A DNA stretch of 64,000 nucleotides, from NCBI RefSeq assembly GCF_009914755.1, contig NC_060927.1; one strand, given 5' to 3'. A program made the position numbers and the translations under genes. Under the pieces are notes generated by a model, which ran no database searches, had not been told where the DNA came from, and saw nothing but the letters and a program-made list of their open reading frames with translations. Source of the DNA: the human T2T-CHM13v2.0 reference genome, Homo sapiens. Below are positions 56,998 to 64,000 of this stretch, piece after piece (position 1 is the first letter of the stretch; the number at the start of each line of letters is the position of its first letter).

Positions 56998-57154
56998 AAG
57001 AAAACAACCAACATGGTATAAATATTGGAAGAGAAAACAGAATCAACAGGTAGACAAACTATTAATTATTATTTTATTCTGTCAGCCAACAGACAACCAC
57101 TATAAGAGAGGTTGCAGGATAAAAGAATTAATGACCATAAGCAATAGCATTTCT

Positions 57155-57821
57155 GGGCTTTTGTTGTTGTTTTAATCAGAAAGTTTTATTTTCTACTTTT
57201 TTGTCAACAGGTTTTGGGGGAACAGGTGGTGTTTGGTTACATGAATAAATTCTTTAGTGGTGATTTCTGAGATTTCAGTGCACCCATCACCGGCGCAGTG
57301 TACACTATACCCAATGTGTAGTCATTTATCCCTCATCCACTCCCACCCTTTTTCCTGAGTCCCCAAAGTCCATTTTATCATTCCTATGCCTTTGCTCCCT
57401 CATAGCTTAGCTCCCACTTTAGAAGTGAGAACTTACGATGTTTGGTTTTCTATTCCTGAGTTACTTCACTTAGAATAATGTTCTCTAATTCCATCCAGGT
57501 TGCTGTGAATGCCATTGTTTCATTTCTTTTCATGGCTAAATAGTATTCTATGGTATGTTTATATATATATATATAAACATGTGTGTGTGTGTGTGTGTGT
57601 GTGTACCACATTTTCTTTACTCATTGATTGATGGGCATTTGAGCTGGCTCTATTTTTTGCAATTATGAATTGTGCTGCTATAAACGTGTGCAGGTATCTT
57701 TTTCAGGTAATGACTTCTTTTCCTCTGGGTAGATACCCAGGAGTGGGATAGCTGGATCAAATGGTAGATTTACTTTTAGATCTTTAAGGAATCTCCATAC
57801 TGTTTTCCATAGTGGTTGTAC
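57155..57821 (-). mobile_element. L1PB1-like 3' fragment with internal (TA)n(TG)n
   Basis: ggggaacaggtggtgtttggttacatgaataaattctttagtggtgatttctgagattt; TSD tagcatttct at 57145-57154 and 57822-57831. Confidence 0.88.
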
Positions 57822-58288
57822 TAGCATTTCTTTATAACCAACTATAAAATATAACAAAATGTATGAATTTTCTAGGAATTAGCTTAATAAAGAATATAAA
57901 AGATTTCTATGGATAAAACTTTAAGACTCCAATAAAGGAAAATGATCATGATTTGAATAAGTGAAAAGACATTCCAGACTCTTGGATGAGATTATAGTGA
58001 AATAAAGTTACAAATTCTGCAAATTTATCAATAAATTTGATGCAAATTAAATAAAATTCTAACTATATTTCAAAAACTCAGTGAACTTGCTCTAAAAAGT
58101 ATGAAGAAGAAAAATTAACAAATAGCAAAGTTGACTTTAAAATAAAAAGATGGTGAAGCAGGGGGAAATACTGTATTACATATGGGCATACAGCAAATCT
58201 ATAGCAATAAATGAGTGGAATTAATGATTGATTCAATGATAAGATTACATATAATTCAATAGAGAAAAGACAATAAAATTATTAAATC

Positions 58289-59125
<837 letters not shown>

Positions 59126-59717
59126 GTGGTTTTGATAGACTAGTTCACCCTACAGAGAAGAGTGAAACTAGACCTCCCCCGATACCACATAAAAAGATAA
59201 AATTCCGGTTAATTAACAATCTACTCGTGAAAGACATGAAAATAAATTTAGTATGAAGTATAAAGTTAGGAATTAAAAAGAAATTTTAAACAAAACTGCC
59301 AAAACAAAAACCATAAAGGCAAAAACATGAATTTGATGTTTGATTTGATTCTATCAAAAATAAAGATTTCTGTAAGACAAAAGACATGAAGAAAATCATT
59401 AATTACTAGATGATGAAAAGGGAGAAACTATTTTTAAATCCTAAATTTACAAGGGATTCATATCAAAATTATACTACAAACTTCTCTATTTCAACAACAA
59501 CAAAAAAAAAAATCACAGAACCCCTCCAAAAAAAACGAGCAAAGGTTATGAAGATATAACTCAAAAGGAAGAAACGCAGAGGCTGACAATGTAGAAAAAG
59601 ATGTTCAAATTCATTATTAATTCATGGAATACAAAATAAAAGCAAAATGAAATAACATTTTAAGTCTCTTAGACTAGTAAAAATTTAAAACAAACAAACA
59701 AAAAAAAAAAAACCCTG

Positions 59718-60050
<333 letters not shown>

Positions 60051-62049
60051 CTAGCGATAGGGCAATCTGGCACTATTTAGCCATATTTGGTATATTTACA
60101 CCATATTATTCAGCCGTTCAATTTCAGGTTCTTTGATCCCAAAGAAAGTCTCACAAAATTCCTTAAGGGGCATTTATAAAAGGACATTTATTGCAGAATT
60201 ATGTGACTTGGCAAGTAATTGGAGGGAATCTAGGCACTCCTTACTGGTAGAGAAAACAGGCATAGTATGAAATATAGAATCTACTGAGCATTATGCAAGG
60301 ATAAGATAAAAGAGAGTAGATATTCTACATAGCCACACTGAGGAACCTTAAGAATGTAGTACTAACTGGAAAAAACAATAGAATGAAATATCTAACATAA
60401 TACTTTTTAATGTATTAAAAACTGATATACATCAGAAAGTATATTTTTTACAAGAACACTTACAAACACAAATTAAACAAATTAGAATTATTGCCTAAGG
60501 GAGGGAAGTCAAAAGAAAATGTAAAATGATATATGGTAATGACCCTGCAAGCACTAATTGTACATCCATCCTTAAGATAGTAAGTATTGGAGAAAATGGG
60601 TAGCCTATATGAGGCTGGTGGTGGTTGCCTCAAAAAAAGAAAATAAAAATTTCATGTGAAAAGTGTCTATGGATATAGGTGAACTTATTTATAACATGAT
60701 GATAAATTAATAGGGCACTGTGAGGAGGTTTGGGAGGATGGAGAGAGGCAGGAAGTTGAGATAGGAGAAAGCCATCACTGAGCATTTGAAAAATACAGTA
60801 CATGTGGGAATCAATTTGATGCCTGCAAGAAATCATATTTTTGGTGATAATCAAGGAAAAAAAGAAGTTAGCCATGACGAATTGGATCTTAACAGTTTCC
60901 TGAAGATAGGAAACAACCCAAATTCATCGAATTCAGCCCTAGGCTAGAATAAAAGATGACTAATGTGATGTCAGACATTTCTCTTAGCCTTTAGTGAGAG
61001 GTTCGGTAAAATCAGAGAAGCTGGAGAGCCTAAGCTTTGTGGTCCACAGGTAGAGGTGGGAGATGGTGGCAGCATTCCCTCCGGAAGGTGGCATACTGCT
61101 GCAAAATGGGATGTGGTTTTCGCGTGGGCATGCCTCATCAAGTTGTAGCCAAAGAGCGCAGGTGAACAACAAAACAATCTAAAATATAAAGCTTACGGGT
61201 AAAGGCACAACATCTGCTGTGTTCATTACTCTGTTCACAAAACCTAGGGGAATTAATAGAATAAGTATTTACTAGATGAATGAATTAGATAAAAAAGAAA
61301 AAACCGGAAACATCTTAACCAACAAAAGGGGATTAGTCAAATACATTATGGTATATATTTACTATGGAATTTGATTAAAGGAAAATTATAATTTGTAAGT
61401 ATAAGAGTAATATGAATAATACTTATATAATAAAATGTTAAGACAGATTACAAACATAATTTTATGATCCCATTTTGGTAAGTAAATAAGTATGCATTAA
61501 AAAGTTGGAAAGACTGTACATTAAAATATTAACTATAGTTATTACTGGATGTTATTAGCAATGTTTTCTTTTTGCTAATATACATTTCGAATTTTTCAAC
61601 AGCCAGTGTGGATCATGGTGAAATTTTAAAACTACAAAAATTTAAATAGATTTTGAGAATTGATACCTGAAATGTGAATAAATCAGTTAAAAAAAAAGTC
61701 TCATCTATACTAAGGATTTATATTTAATTTTTATTAATTCCAGTTAAATAGGTACAAAATATTTTAATAGTCTTCTCCTAATTTGCATGTCTTGACTATG
61801 TTTACTTGGTTAACAGCTCCAAAGCACTTTGAGGGCAGTGATAATATTTTTCTAGTATCCTGAGAGGTTAGTTGTTCAATAAATGTCTGTCGAGCTAAGT
61901 AACTCTTTTATAACATCCTCTAATTAATTGCTATGTTGTCCAGATTTTTCTCAAAATGCTAAGCAAACACTTTATATAATACCGATTTAAAGTTTTTTCA
62001 CTTTTTCTGAAAGTTTTTAATTTAGTTGCAACGTATCTGCAGTTTTTAA

Positions 62050-62335
<286 letters not shown>

Positions 62336-63604
62336 GGTTGCAATCTTTTTATAGAGGCTAAAAACTATAGTATAATCTGTAGTTCCTTTTCCATTTGGGT
62401 ATTTTCTATCATTTCTCTACTTACAAAGTGACCACTATAAGGTTCTAGTCAACAGTCATTTTTTCCTTTGTTTCTATAAAACAAAATTTTGTATTTAAAA
62501 TTTCAATAAATCTACTTTTATTTATTTTGTTTTATTTTCATTAAAAGGAAGCTTTGGTTTTATTATTTTCATTTTACTCTAGACACAGACATTTAATAAC
62601 TCTCAATTCTTTTTCAGAAAACTCTTTGATATTCTGACCTATTTATGCTCCCAGAGGCATTCTTAGAATTATCATTTATAAAGTCATGTTTATGCTTTCA
62701 TTGAGACTTTACCAAAGCTATAATGAAAGTTGCGAACATCTGACATCTTTAGAATATGATAGTCTTTATATTCAGAAATACAGTTTGCCCCTCTGTTTAT
62801 TTCAATATTCTCCCAATAAAACTTAGTCGTTTTTCACGTCATTTGTAGCTTTGTAACTTATTCCTAAATATTTACTAAATGTTTACTTTATTGTAAATTG
62901 GATTCCTTTTGCATTGTTTTCCCCATATACTTTCAATTTTATTTGTTATTATTTCCTTTTGGCATGTTGTTTTATTATTTTCCTGAATATGTTAAGTAGA
63001 GGCTTAGTTCATCTTTTTTATTATTATTATTCTTTACTTCTATACAAATTGTGGAATTTTGAGTAATAAATGTTTTACTAAGTGCTATTTTGGCAGCATT
63101 CCATACTTTTAAAACATACTGTATGTATATTTTCATTGCATTTTCTTGCTCTGGGTTCCTTCCCTGACCTAGGCACTTTTTTAAAACACTTTTAAAAATG
63201 TTTTTATGCATTTGGCTCATTTTAATTCCATTTTTATTATTTGTTTCTATTTTTAATGTATTGTAGCCTAAAATGTAACCCATAGGATATCAGCTTTTAA
63301 AAATCGCTTGCATACCTTTTCATCCCAGCATGTGATCCTTTTGAAAAGGGTTCTAGTATACTTGAAAAGCAAGTGCATTTCCACATCCTACTTCTATGCT
63401 CTCTACAAATAATAGTTAATTCTATTTTACTAATCATGATATTCAATTAGAATTCTGAGAATTTTTTGTCTCTTTGTTATCAATCTAATTAGGATAATCT
63501 TAATATGGCAGTTTCACTGACTTTTTCTCATTTGGATCTATTATTGAAGAACTGATAACCAGTCTTTTACTGTCTTACCAGTAGCATATGAGCCAGATAA
63601 TAAT

Positions 63605-63735
63605 ACGAAATAATACGACTTATCATACAAAGTGGGAAAATTTTCACAGTGAAAAGAGATGCTGCTATTAATTATGCTGGACCAACAGTTGTAAACCAGG
63701 ACTCTGAGCCAATCCAAGATAACTTTACTCTACCT
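63605..63735. mobile_element. MER94-like hAT-Blackjack MITE
   Basis: ttatcatacaaagtgggaaaattttcacagtgaaaag...aattatgctggaccaacagttgtaaaccaggact. Confidence 0.55.
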
Positions 63736-63944
63736 GAGAGTAATCTCAGGTATTCACTAGGGATGTTCTACACTAGCCTAAAAGGTGTTTGGGCAGTCAA
63801 CCAGGTCATATCTTGGAGGGTTTAAATGTAAACTACTCAGAGAAAAACGTAACAGAAGGATGAAGAGAAAAAGAGATACATATTGAGAAAAGACACTAGT
63901 CAGACATCTTGAGGCAAAAGAAGTTACAATCAAGAAAATGCAAT

Positions 63945-64000
63945 ACCTGTAATCCCAGCACTTTGGGAGGCCAAGGCAAGTGGATCACCTGAGGTCAGGA
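63945..64000 (+). mobile_element. AluS, 5'-truncated, running off the window end
   Basis: cctgtaatcccagcactttgggaggccaaggcaagtggatcacctgaggtcagga. Confidence 0.9.

Overview
AT-rich, CpG-depleted primate (probably human or great-ape) intronic or intergenic DNA, made up mostly of interspersed repeats: Alu J/S/Y, L1PA/PB/MA-ME, L2, MIR, ERVL/MaLR/ERV1 LTRs, hAT and Tigger MITEs, and one near full-length decayed Hsmar2 mariner. No protein-coding exon, RNA gene, CRISPR array or CpG-island promoter can be supported. The recognisable ORFs in the track are Alu, L1 or LTR read-outs. I found no convincing new biological system. The most informative signals concern insertion mechanism: (1) three, possibly four, 5'-inverted (twin-primed) L1 insertions, one inverting at the L1 position homologous to its target site and one joining the L1 5' promoter end, inverted, to the 3' end with about 4 kb missing; (2) a closely spaced inverted Alu pair; (3) two AluY copies sharing three non-consensus variants; (4) an apparently repeat-free block at about 26.5-29.3 kb with a CpG-containing palindrome, an AP-1 site and a candidate cryptic exon. 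Subfamily names come from recalled consensus sequences, and boundaries of old repeats are approximate.
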